A stretch of 64,000 nt of DNA. Source: a virus. The notes under the pieces were generated by a model. The model saw only the letters and a list, made by a program, of their open reading frames with translations. It had not been told where the DNA came from and made no database searches. Each line of letters begins with the position of its first letter. Positions within the stretch are counted from its first letter, which is position 1. A program made the translations under genes and the position numbers. Below are positions 20,063-28,001 of the stretch, piece after piece. The DNA lies in the IMG/VR virus record IMGVR_UViG_3300031703_000001, positions 1 to 64,000 of that record. One strand, 5' to 3'.

Positions 20063-20368
20063 TTAGTCTATTTTACTTGCTGCAGCTTCCATAGCTTGTT
20101 TGAAAGCAACTGCTTCTTCTGAGTCAGCGGGTACACCACCGTCTTTCTGGTCAGCATATTGCTGTGCCATAAACATTTGAGCTTGCATTCTTTCTGCTCT
20201 AGCCTTTTCAATAGCAGCTAATAGCATTTCATACTCAGCTTGTACTTCTAAGTGAGGTAAGTTCTCCTTGTAAAAAGCAGTGATCTCTTCTCTTCTTGCG
20301 TTAAGCTGTTCCTTTGTAAGTTCAGGTTGCTTGTCTTCTAAATTAGAATTGTTTGTTGGTTCTTGCAT
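20063..20368 (-). CDS. Hypothetical coiled-coil protein
   Basis: 101-aa ORF with a promoter motif upstream. Confidence 0.6.
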   Translation of the reverse strand: MQEPTNNSNLEDKQPELTKEQLNARREEITAFYKENLPHLEVQAEYEMLLAAIEKARAERMQAQMFMAQQYADQKDGGVPADSEEAVAFKQAMEAAASKID

Positions 20369-20394
20369 TGTATTTTTTTTAGTTAAACATTAGA

Positions 20395-20402
20395 CAAATA
20401 TA
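20395..20402 (-). promoter_or_regulatory. Bacteroidota -7 element (TATATTTG)
   Basis: TAnnTTTG 27 nt upstream of the 20368 start. Confidence 0.5.
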
Positions 20403-20440
20403 TGTATAAAGTTTAAATAAAAAAAGTTTATGCACTCTTT

Positions 20441-20692
20441 TTAAAGTTTTTTATTTATTTCCATCAACTCTATTACGATTTTAAGTTCTTTTATTCTGTG
20501 GAATTCTATTCCACCCTCTAGTATTTCAATTGACCAATCAGTAGGTTTCTCCACCTCTGTATCTGCACTACTAATTAATTCTATGTTGCCAATCTTATAC
20601 ACATAGTAATAAAACTTCTCTGCACCAGATTCCTCTGCGCTTACTTTTACTTTCTCAAATCCTAACTTGGTTATTTCTTGTTCAGTCATCAC
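20441..20692 (-). CDS. Hypothetical protein
   Basis: 83 aa; TEQEITKLGF N-terminus resembles small Bacteroidota phage proteins. Confidence 0.6.
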   Translation of the reverse strand: MMTEQEITKLGFEKVKVSAEESGAEKFYYYVYKIGNIELISSADTEVEKPTDWSIEILEGGIEFHRIKELKIVIELMEINKKL

Positions 20693-20868
20693 TCTTGTTC
20701 TGTTATGTTAATTTCAATTTTATCTGCCAGTTCTTGATCTGGTTGAACTACATCATTAGAAGAATTATTCTCTCCAATAAATAAAAGGAGTATGAGAAAC
20801 AATACCCAAATTCCAAATATCTTTTCTGCTGTGTAATCTCTTTTCAATATGTCTTTTAGTTTTATCAT
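20689..20868 (-). CDS. Small single-TM protein (59 aa)
   Basis: MIKLKDILKRDYTAEKIFGIWVLFLILLLFIG...; stop overlaps the next start; below the ORF-track cutoff. Confidence 0.5.
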   Translation of the reverse strand: MIKLKDILKRDYTAEKIFGIWVLFLILLLFIGENNSSNDVVQPDQELADKIEINITEQE

Positions 20869-20897
20869 ACGTGGTGGGCTAATAAGTGCACGGCACT

Positions 20898-21197
20898 CTA
20901 GGCTATTAAATATTGTGAAATGAAGTAAGCTATCTTATATCCGGTGAATCCACCCAACGCTGTTGGTATTGGAAACAAAATAAACTTTGCCAGACTAGTT
21001 ACATACTTAGGTCTGTTAATCACCTTACTGATATAGAAGTAATGAACCATATATCCTATGAGAACTGCTACATCCATTCTCAATGCAATAAAAGGAACTA
21101 TCAGTGCTCCACTCATTCCAAAAAAGTAATTCTCCATTATTGCGTTACGGATCTCTCTTGAATCCGCTTCTTTAAACTCTTTTACTATCTTACTCAT
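20898..21197 (-). CDS. Membrane protein (about 3 TM)
   Basis: Hydrophobic segments. Confidence 0.6.
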   Translation of the reverse strand: MSKIVKEFKEADSREIRNAIMENYFFGMSGALIVPFIALRMDVAVLIGYMVHYFYISKVINRPKYVTSLAKFILFPIPTALGGFTGYKIAYFISQYLIA

Positions 21198-21202
21198 CTA
21201 AT

Positions 21203-21523
21203 CTATTCAGTTATTACGCTTTCAGGAAACGCTTCATTCATTATCACCTTTATCTTACCACACTTCTCATACTCTTCAAATTCTATATAATAATCTATCA
21301 TGGCTTCTAGTTCTCCCAACTCAGGTCCTTCATCAGGATCATAAGTTAATACTGCCGCGTACTGATCATCAGTCTCCTTCTCTAGTAATTCATCAAAGGT
21401 CAACTCTTTTGTTAAGAGTCTGTAGGAGTTACTGAATGCCTCAGCAAGTACCATTTCATCTATTTCCCTTTGTTTTATTTCCTCCATGAAACTATCTCCA
21501 TCATCTTGCTCTTCATTATTCAT
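21203..21523 (-). CDS. Acidic protein with UvrB/C-like motif
   Basis: YYIEFEEYEKCGKIK; very D/E-rich. Confidence 0.55.
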   Translation of the reverse strand: MNNEEQDDGDSFMEEIKQREIDEMVLAEAFSNSYRLLTKELTFDELLEKETDDQYAAVLTYDPDEGPELGELEAMIDYYIEFEEYEKCGKIKVIMNEAFPESVITE

Positions 21524-21756
21524 ATACAGTGTGTGTTAGTGATACCCTCTATGGCAATATACAAAATATAAAGAATATGAAGAAGGAAAATCCCTCTAAC
21601 ATTACATAATTGGGTTATTAAAAAAAATTTTTACTACCAAAAAAATGTATGTTTTAAGTGCTTGAGAGGTCCTATAGTTCTGATCCCCAGCAAATTTTTG
21701 AGGCAGGGGGTCCCCCCAGTAAGTAATCCTCATCAATTTATTTAAATATTTATATT
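21524..21756. other. Divergent strand-switch region, possible genome terminus/packaging site
   Basis: Late genes point left and early genes right; A-tracts; GGGGGTCCCCCC at 21706-21717. Confidence 0.4.
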
Positions 21757-22086
21757 ATGAGTGTATTCTTTAGAAAAGTAAACATCAACACAGGAAGAAA
21801 CAGTGCAACAGTGATAGTATCATCTGCACCATTGTCTAACAAAGTGTCATCACTAGCTGGAATGGCTGTGGCAACCAGAACTCAAAGTAATATTGTATTT
21901 GGAGTCTTGAGTCTATTAGACCCTGAAACCAATGAGACAATGAGAGCTGACCATCCAACAATTGCTGCAATTAAAAAGCAGTATAATGTAGGAGATGAAT
22001 TGGAAGGATTCCAAATGACTGACAACTATGTGAAAGACATGGAGACAGGAGAAGCAACTACTCTAGTATGGGTGGAAGCTGTATAA
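21757..22086 (+). CDS. Hypothetical protein, first gene of the plus-strand block
   Basis: 109 aa, followed by a terminator. Confidence 0.7.
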   Translation: MSVFFRKVNINTGRNSATVIVSSAPLSNKVSSLAGMAVATRTQSNIVFGVLSLLDPETNETMRADHPTIAAIKKQYNVGDELEGFQMTDNYVKDMETGEATTLVWVEAV

Positions 22087-22093
22087 ATATAAT

Positions 22094-22125
22094 GGAGGAG
22101 GGTGTAAAAGCTCTCCTCTTTATTT
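22094..22125 (+). terminator. Intrinsic terminator
   Basis: GAGGAGGG/CTCTCCTC stem followed by TTTATTT. Confidence 0.65.
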
Positions 22126-22602
22126 AACATTGGAGTTACTTGATTGTTACTTGATGTCTTTCTTTACAATCAAACTAGCAAGACATAACAAAAAGGAGGG
22201 CAAGAGTTATAACATATCTTATCTCTCTGCTCTCCAGCTGCTCCTTTCAGTCGCTTTCTGTCTGCTCCCCAGCTAATTCATGCACTGTTACTCATAAACA
22301 GTAATAAAATATTAAATACGCACACAAAAGTTATTTATATTCAAGTGTGTGATACAATGTGAAGGTGAGGTCTCATACACCACATATACCCATAAATCAT
22401 CACACTTATAATTACTCTTATCCTATTGGTTATATATAGCTAACACTAGAGCAACTACAAGAGATACTCACTAAAAAACACATTAAGTATTAGTAGTCTC
22501 TCTCTCTATAGGAATAGTATCATATTATCCGTAATCTTTAAATTATTAAACATAAACAAAATACTAAAACCACATAACACTTACTAAAACAAAAAACAAA
22601 CA
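22126..22602. other. About 480-bp non-coding region with multiple stems and direct repeats
   Basis: No ORF; TCTGCTCYCCAGCT x2; several inverted repeats (see findings). Confidence 0.55.
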
Positions 22603-22887
22603 ATGGAAAACACACATGTAGTATCAGCAGAATCATTTGCTCAGTATAAATCCTTAATAGGTATAATACTATATAGCACAGATGATCAACAAGTAGTTAA
22701 CTTTCACACAGGTGACAGACAACTCAAAGTAAATCGTGATGACTTAAGTACTCCTACACTGGAAGCAATTGAAAAAGCAATCAGTCGTAATGAAGAACTA
22801 AAAGAAATTGCATTTGAAAACAATCTAATTGAATTACATACTCAAGACGTGAAATCGTATATGAACTATGTATCAACTTATAATTAA
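22603..22887 (+). CDS. Early hypothetical protein
   Basis: 94 aa with an A-rich leader. Confidence 0.65.
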   Translation: MENTHVVSAESFAQYKSLIGIILYSTDDQQVVNFHTGDRQLKVNRDDLSTPTLEAIEKAISRNEELKEIAFENNLIELHTQDVKSYMNYVSTYN

Positions 22888-22891
22888 ACAT

Positions 22892-23128
22892 ATGAAAAAG
22901 TATATACTAATGCTATCAGTAATTGGATTAACAATCACAAGTTGTGGTTCAAGATCTAGTGACTTAGCAAAAAGAAGTAAAACCGTAAGAGTAAAACAAC
23001 TTACGTATAATAGAGTATCTGAATCTTTTCAACCGTCAATAGGTACTAAACTAATGGCTGTTGATACACTATACAGACAAGGAGACACTATTTCAAACAT
23101 AAAAGGACTATTCATAATAACACCATAA
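22892..23128 (+). CDS. Lipoprotein
   Basis: MKKYILMLSVIGLTITS-C signal peptide II; likely start 22892. Confidence 0.65.
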   Translation: MKKYILMLSVIGLTITSCGSRSSDLAKRSKTVRVKQLTYNRVSESFQPSIGTKLMAVDTLYRQGDTISNIKGLFIITP

Positions 23129-23139
23129 ACTTACTAATC

Positions 23140-23460
23140 ATGAAAAAAGCATCAAAGTACATTATCAAATTAATCTTTGTGGTAATCTTACCACTAATTA
23201 ACTTAGGCCTATGGATAGGTCTATTTACACAAATGACAAGTTCAGTATCACTAACACTCGTGATGGCTCTTCTTTCATTAACAACATTATTAAATGCAGT
23301 CTTTTTCAATTCACATATGAAAAATACTAATCTATTACCTGAAATCAATTTTCAAGTAATGCCTATAATTGGCTTTGCAATAGGTGTAGATTCAAATGCA
23401 TTTACAGTTATCATAGTAGTACCATTTTGTGCTATAGAAATAACACCAAGAAAAAAATAA
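23140..23460 (+). CDS. Membrane protein
   Basis: Two or more hydrophobic helices. Confidence 0.6.
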   Translation: MKKASKYIIKLIFVVILPLINLGLWIGLFTQMTSSVSLTLVMALLSLTTLLNAVFFNSHMKNTNLLPEINFQVMPIIGFAIGVDSNAFTVIIVVPFCAIEITPRKK

Positions 23461-23620
23461 ATAGTGCCATACCTGACACCCTAACAACACCAGTAATTAT
23501 ATACTATAATAACACTAGGTAGTATGGCTAAGAAAGATTAGGTTAAGTAAGTGGTAACCAGAGATATAGTAGTTCTGATCGTAAATGGTCAGACTACTCT
23601 ATTTCACAATACTCAAACAA

Positions 23621-23725
23621 ATGAAAAAACTAATTGTAATTATACTACTTGGAATATTCTTTACAGGATGTACCTCAACACGTAGTACATGTAAAAAACT
23701 GCCAACATATGGTTGGTATAAGTAA
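23621..23725 (+). CDS. 34-aa mini-lipoprotein
   Basis: MKKLIVIILLGIFFTG-CTSTRSTCKKLPTYGWYK; lipobox; stop overlaps the next ATG; below the ORF-track cutoff. Confidence 0.6.
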   Translation: MKKLIVIILLGIFFTGCTSTRSTCKKLPTYGWYK

Positions 23726-24261
23726 TGGGAAAGACATATAACTTATCAGCAGAAGCTGTCAGAGATCACCTAAGCAATCTTTATAACGCAAAGAAGTTAG
23801 GTAATGAAAAGAATATAGAACACCTCTTAAACTTGATGTTAACACTTCCAGAACATTCTATCAATGCTATGTTAATGATCTCTATAATAAAGGAGGAACA
23901 TAAACCATTAAGTGTTGGTTGTCATGTAAAATATAAACCATCAGAATACTCATCATCATTTGGTGATAGAGATATTTTAATGGATAAAGGATTGATGACT
24001 CAAGATGGATTTGTCTTTGGTACAGTAGAAATGGATGGTTCATGGAATAATCATGATAGCTTTGATCCTTACTATGTCAATATGAAGGTTAAGTTTCTTA
24101 TATGGAATGGTAAAGAAATACATCATTATGAAGAGAAAGTAGATACATTCTCATTAAAGCGTATAGATGAATTACCTGAATTCAATTTAACAGATGTCAC
24201 TGACTTTATTGTCATTGATGAAGAAGAAATAACTCCAGAGAAAATAGTTCTCAAGGAATAA
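23725..24261 (+). CDS. Hypothetical protein
   Basis: 178-aa ORF. Confidence 0.65.
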   Translation: MGKTYNLSAEAVRDHLSNLYNAKKLGNEKNIEHLLNLMLTLPEHSINAMLMISIIKEEHKPLSVGCHVKYKPSEYSSSFGDRDILMDKGLMTQDGFVFGTVEMDGSWNNHDSFDPYYVNMKVKFLIWNGKEIHHYEEKVDTFSLKRIDELPEFNLTDVTDFIVIDEEEITPEKIVLKE

Positions 24262-24279
24262 CCTAAAAAATCAATTATT

Positions 24280-24504
24280 ATGGCAAAATTAAGCATGGAG
24301 CTGCTAAAACAAGAGTTTAGCAAGTGGTCAAATTTAAAAAAAGCAATAGATAAAGTACATAATGGTAAATTAACACCATTTGGATTGCAGATGGTTAATG
24401 CATATCATTTAAATGATAAAGAACTTGAAGAAGAACTTGATCATAACACAGCTCTATTGCGTCTAATGAGTAAGCATGTCCAAAGATCTGAAGACAAACT
24501 ATAG
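24280..24504 (+). CDS. Hypothetical protein
   Basis: 74-aa ORF. Confidence 0.55.
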   Translation: MAKLSMELLKQEFSKWSNLKKAIDKVHNGKLTPFGLQMVNAYHLNDKELEEELDHNTALLRLMSKHVQRSEDKL

Positions 24505-24736
24505 GTTTGGAATTGTATCACGTGATATAATACTTGCTCCAGATGTATCATTACAATCAAAGGCATTATATGCTGCGTTAGCATGTTATGCCAATAAACA
24601 AAGATCCTGTTTTCCTTCTATATCAACACTGTCCAATGACTTGAATGTTAGTGAAAGAACTATCAAAAGGTTGATTAAAGAACTGAAAAGTAAGAATCTT
24701 ATACAAAGAATAGGCAGAAAGTTAGTTATAAAATAA
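24476..24736 (+). CDS. Helix-turn-helix protein (HTH_36-like)
   Basis: KALYAALACYAN..CFPSISTLSNDLNVSERTIKRLIKELKSKNLI. Confidence 0.8.
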   Translation: MSKDLKTNYRFGIVSRDIILAPDVSLQSKALYAALACYANKQRSCFPSISTLSNDLNVSERTIKRLIKELKSKNLIQRIGRKLVIK

Positions 24737-24851
24737 TGACGTTAGCTATATATATGCCTATTATTTGTTGAATTTAGAGAAATGAATTAAGATATTTGAC
24801 TATTAGTGCAATATTATTTATATTTTTGTTAGACTTACTAGCATAAATAAA

Positions 24852-25121
24852 ATGATAATACAATTGCCAAGCGGTAGAATAATTGAATGTTCAGTTGAAC
24901 AGTATCTGTCTTTTTCTGACCAAGAAATCCAGGACCTCAACGGTCTAAGTTCAGCATATACCAAAGAAGTGGGTGACCCTTTTTACAACAAGTACTCACA
25001 TAGATCCAATAAAGTTGATCCAGATCTCTCAGATTATATAATAGAGAATGAACCAGCATTGGATGAAATTGAGTCTTTTGAAAAAATGGATGACCCGTAT
25101 TTTCACTCGGATGATACCTAA
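24852..25121 (+). CDS. Acidic hypothetical protein
   Basis: 89 aa; TATTTTTG promoter-like element at 24821-24828. Confidence 0.6.
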   Translation: MIIQLPSGRIIECSVEQYLSFSDQEIQDLNGLSSAYTKEVGDPFYNKYSHRSNKVDPDLSDYIIENEPALDEIESFEKMDDPYFHSDDT

Positions 25122-25168
25122 GAGATAGGTACTCCAATCATTTTATTAATTACACAAAAAACAAAATT

Positions 25169-25741
25169 ATGCAAAGTAAAGTAAACATCTTAGCGGATGA
25201 CATGGGAAATGTTGTGCGTCAATCTAACTCAAACCCTGAATTTGGTCATGTAAGACTACAACAAACAAGAGTAACTTTTGGTAACTCAGGTTGGGTAAAA
25301 AAATCAAACATTAGTACATTATTACATGGTAAGTTAGAAGATTTAAAAGACATGGGTCTTGAATCAATGGACTCACTACCAGGAAAAATCATTATCAAAG
25401 AACAGTTAGAAGCATTTAGTGCTAATGACGGTGATAGAGATTACAAAATGGCAGGTCAAACAGGTATAGTATGCTGTGTTGATGGACAACCTATTTATAG
25501 GAAAACATTCTTTGTAGCAGATGCTACCGCTCAGGATGTATTAGTTGCTCATAATAATGGTTCTGCCATTAAAGAAGCAAACGGTCTAGACAACAACACA
25601 ATACAAAACATAGCTCCTGCACCTAAAGCAGAAGCATTTGGATTTGATGATAGTGAAGAAGGAGATACTGACAATGTAACTGATGAAGTTACAGATGAAG
25701 TTGAAATAGAAGAAGAAGTTGAAGAAACTTTTGAACTATAA
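25169..25741 (+). CDS. Hypothetical, SSB-like architecture (beta-rich core + acidic tail)
   Basis: Ends EEEVEETFEL. Confidence 0.5.
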   Translation: MQSKVNILADDMGNVVRQSNSNPEFGHVRLQQTRVTFGNSGWVKKSNISTLLHGKLEDLKDMGLESMDSLPGKIIIKEQLEAFSANDGDRDYKMAGQTGIVCCVDGQPIYRKTFFVADATAQDVLVAHNNGSAIKEANGLDNNTIQNIAPAPKAEAFGFDDSEEGDTDNVTDEVTDEVEIEEEVEETFEL

Positions 25742-25865
25742 CACTAATTTCTAAAGAATGCTTGAGGTTTCCCTATAGGGAATTAATTACTGATGGGACC
25801 ATACAGTAGCCTCTCTCATTTTTATTATTACACAATCACCAAAATCCAATTAAAACACATGTATT

Positions 25866-26408
25866 ATGTTAACTCAAAACCAAATAACAACACTCAAAAC
25901 AGCAGAAACTAAAACTTTATTATCTCAAACACTCCAACGTTACCACTATTACGGATTATTGGAAGAATACCAGTTACACCCAACCTCTATAACAAACAAT
26001 TTTGAATATACAAGGTTAAACTCCTATCAGCATTTCTTATTTAAAAGAGTGTTGCATGGACTTAACGTTTATAGCAAAGAAGAAGTGGAGAAATTACACT
26101 GGGATAAAAAAAGAAGAATTTCAAAGGTCTGGAAAAGATCTCAAAGAGAAATCAATGCTTGGAAGCAGATGATATGCAATAAAAAGGTTAATGATTATTT
26201 TAAAAGAACATTCAAAGGCCCTACAATGGAGTATATTACATCAGTGCCAGCAACTGAAGTACTTGATGATTACAAAAACACCTTAACATTTAAAGAATTA
26301 AACATACAATATGAAGATGTAATACTACTCTTCATGTCTAAAGGTTTACTTCCTAAAAATTATTTGACTTTAGAGCCAAATGATCAACAACAAGGTCTGA
26401 CTGTATGA
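25866..26408 (+). CDS. Hypothetical protein
   Basis: 180-aa ORF. Confidence 0.65.
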   Translation: MLTQNQITTLKTAETKTLLSQTLQRYHYYGLLEEYQLHPTSITNNFEYTRLNSYQHFLFKRVLHGLNVYSKEEVEKLHWDKKRRISKVWKRSQREINAWKQMICNKKVNDYFKRTFKGPTMEYITSVPATEVLDDYKNTLTFKELNIQYEDVILLFMSKGLLPKNYLTLEPNDQQQGLTV

Positions 26409-26809
26409 TTCAGCAGAAAAGAAAACTATGTAATAATTGCAATACTGAACAATTTATCTGGAAAAATGATAAAGGAAGCCGGTATTGCAAGAATTGCTGG
26501 TATAAATCTAAAGAACCTTCTACTAAACCATTACAGAGGAAACCAATCAACAAGAAGTCAAAGAAAATGCAGTTCATTGATCAAGCTTACACTAAACTAA
26601 GAAAACCGTTTATGGAAGCAAACCCAATGTGTCAAGCATCTTTGCATTGTTGTTCAGGTTCTTCAACAGATGTTCACCACAAAAAAGGACGTGGGGAATA
26701 TCATCTGGTGGTTAGTACTTGGTTATCAGTATGCAGATCTTGTCATACTTGGATAGAAGAACACCCAAAAGAAGCAATAGAATTAGGATATTCATTAAAA
26801 AGAAATTAA
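26405..26809 (+). CDS. HNH-family nuclease with Zn-ribbon
   Basis: CxxC..CxxC N-terminus; C....C....DVHHKKGR..VCRSCHTWI. Confidence 0.75.
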   Translation: MIQQKRKLCNNCNTEQFIWKNDKGSRYCKNCWYKSKEPSTKPLQRKPINKKSKKMQFIDQAYTKLRKPFMEANPMCQASLHCCSGSSTDVHHKKGRGEYHLVVSTWLSVCRSCHTWIEEHPKEAIELGYSLKRN

Positions 26810-26810
26810 C

Positions 26811-27053
26811 ATGGAACATAAAACACCCCCAACATCAATCTTCAATGAAATGAAGGAAGCATCAAAAGTAGTATGGAATACTATGGATGATACATATGGA
26901 TATGTAACTGGAAAACTTGAAAGAGTTGACTCAATAGAAAACCATGCAGATAATGTAATGGTGTGCTATAGAATGTTTGATATGCAAAATCAACGTTTAA
27001 TGAGAGCAGTACTATCAGTTGAATCATTAGAATATATTGATAACAACTTATAA
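26811..27053 (+). CDS. Hypothetical protein
   Basis: 80-aa ORF. Confidence 0.6.
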   Translation: MEHKTPPTSIFNEMKEASKVVWNTMDDTYGYVTGKLERVDSIENHADNVMVCYRMFDMQNQRLMRAVLSVESLEYIDNNL

Positions 27054-27224
27054 GAACTTAATGTGGCCAGCTGAAAACACAATTTAGAGTAAGCTTTACT
27101 AATTATGAAAAATCATTGTTGTAGTAAATGTAAAAAGAAAACAATTGCAAGTTCATTCCCTACTTGGGTGTGTTTAAATGATAAATGTAGTAAATACTTA
27201 CTACCTCAAGTTAAATAAAAGATT

Positions 27225-27461
27225 ATGAATTACGATAAGTTTAAAACTGATGAGTTAGTAGAAATAGTAGTTACCAAGACTGGACTACCTTTACCTACAT
27301 ACTACTATAATAATTACGGAAAGTATATTACTGTTGTACCTGAGAATATACCTTTTGGTAATGGTGTAACTGGTATAGAAAATGCTGATATGCACGATAC
27401 TTTTAGAGAGGGATGCATAAGGCTAATCAATTGGTATAGTAAAGAAATAAGTAAAATATAA
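27225..27461 (+). CDS. Hypothetical protein
   Basis: 78-aa ORF. Confidence 0.55.
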   Translation: MNYDKFKTDELVEIVVTKTGLPLPTYYYNNYGKYITVVPENIPFGNGVTGIENADMHDTFREGCIRLINWYSKEISKI

Positions 27462-27538
27462 TGTATTATGAAAAAGTTTAAAAAGACAGTAATGGATGTG
27501 ACTGTGGACAAGTTAATTGTGGGACTTGTGGTTAATAA

Positions 27539-27591
27539 CGCATAACACACTACTAAGGTGAGTTTCAATGCACTTTAATAATAGTTATACG
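27539..27591. repeat. attC-like imperfect palindrome
   Basis: CGCATAAC...TACTAAGGTG-agtttcaatg-CACTTTAATA...GTTATACG. Confidence 0.4.
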
Positions 27592-27630
27592 GAAACTAAC
27601 CCGGAAATTACCGGATATACAATAATAACC

Positions 27631-27792
27631 ATGACTAAAAAAGAAAAAGTATTAGCATGCTATGGATTTGTTAATATGAGATCTGCAGCTAAACTATGTG
27701 ATGTGACTCCAGCTTATGTATCTGTATTATGGAGTAGAGAAGGTTTTCCTTATAAAGAAGAGCTTAGAAATAATTTAAAATACCCTTATTAA
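27631..27792 (+). CDS. Small HTH-like protein
   Basis: MRSAAKLCDVTPAYVSVLW; likely start 27631. Confidence 0.5.
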   Translation: MTKKEKVLACYGFVNMRSAAKLCDVTPAYVSVLWSREGFPYKEELRNNLKYPY

Positions 27793-27799
27793 AGAAAAT

Positions 27800-27997
27800 A
27801 TGCAAAAAACAACATACCACATTAGAAAAACAGTCCTTGAGAAAGGTTACTCAGTAATATTAAATGATAGTCTTGGTTCTGTATTAGAACTATCTAACTT
27901 TGATGAGGCTTCACAGTTATGTCAAATAATGAATTCAAATACAGATAGTAATTGTAAATATGAACTGATAGTAGTTCAAGAAAGAATTAAAGATTAA
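27800..27997 (+). CDS. Hypothetical protein
   Basis: 65-aa ORF. Confidence 0.55.
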   Translation: MQKTTYHIRKTVLEKGYSVILNDSLGSVLELSNFDEASQLCQIMNSNTDSNCKYELIVVQERIKD

Positions 27998-28001
27998 TCA
28001 A

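Noticed and set aside
10966-20430. AAAGTTTA/TAAACTT repeats near promoters (10966-10997, 20408-20430)
   Set aside because: Very AT-rich 7-8-mers; cannot be separated from background by eye
21524-22602. CRISPR mini-array or tRNA cluster in the large non-coding gap
   Set aside because: Repeats are only 13-14 bp and irregularly spaced; no cloverleaf or TTCRA T-loop found
25786-25810. Hammerhead ribozyme (CTGATG present)
   Set aside because: Lacks CUGANGA and a correctly placed GAAA core
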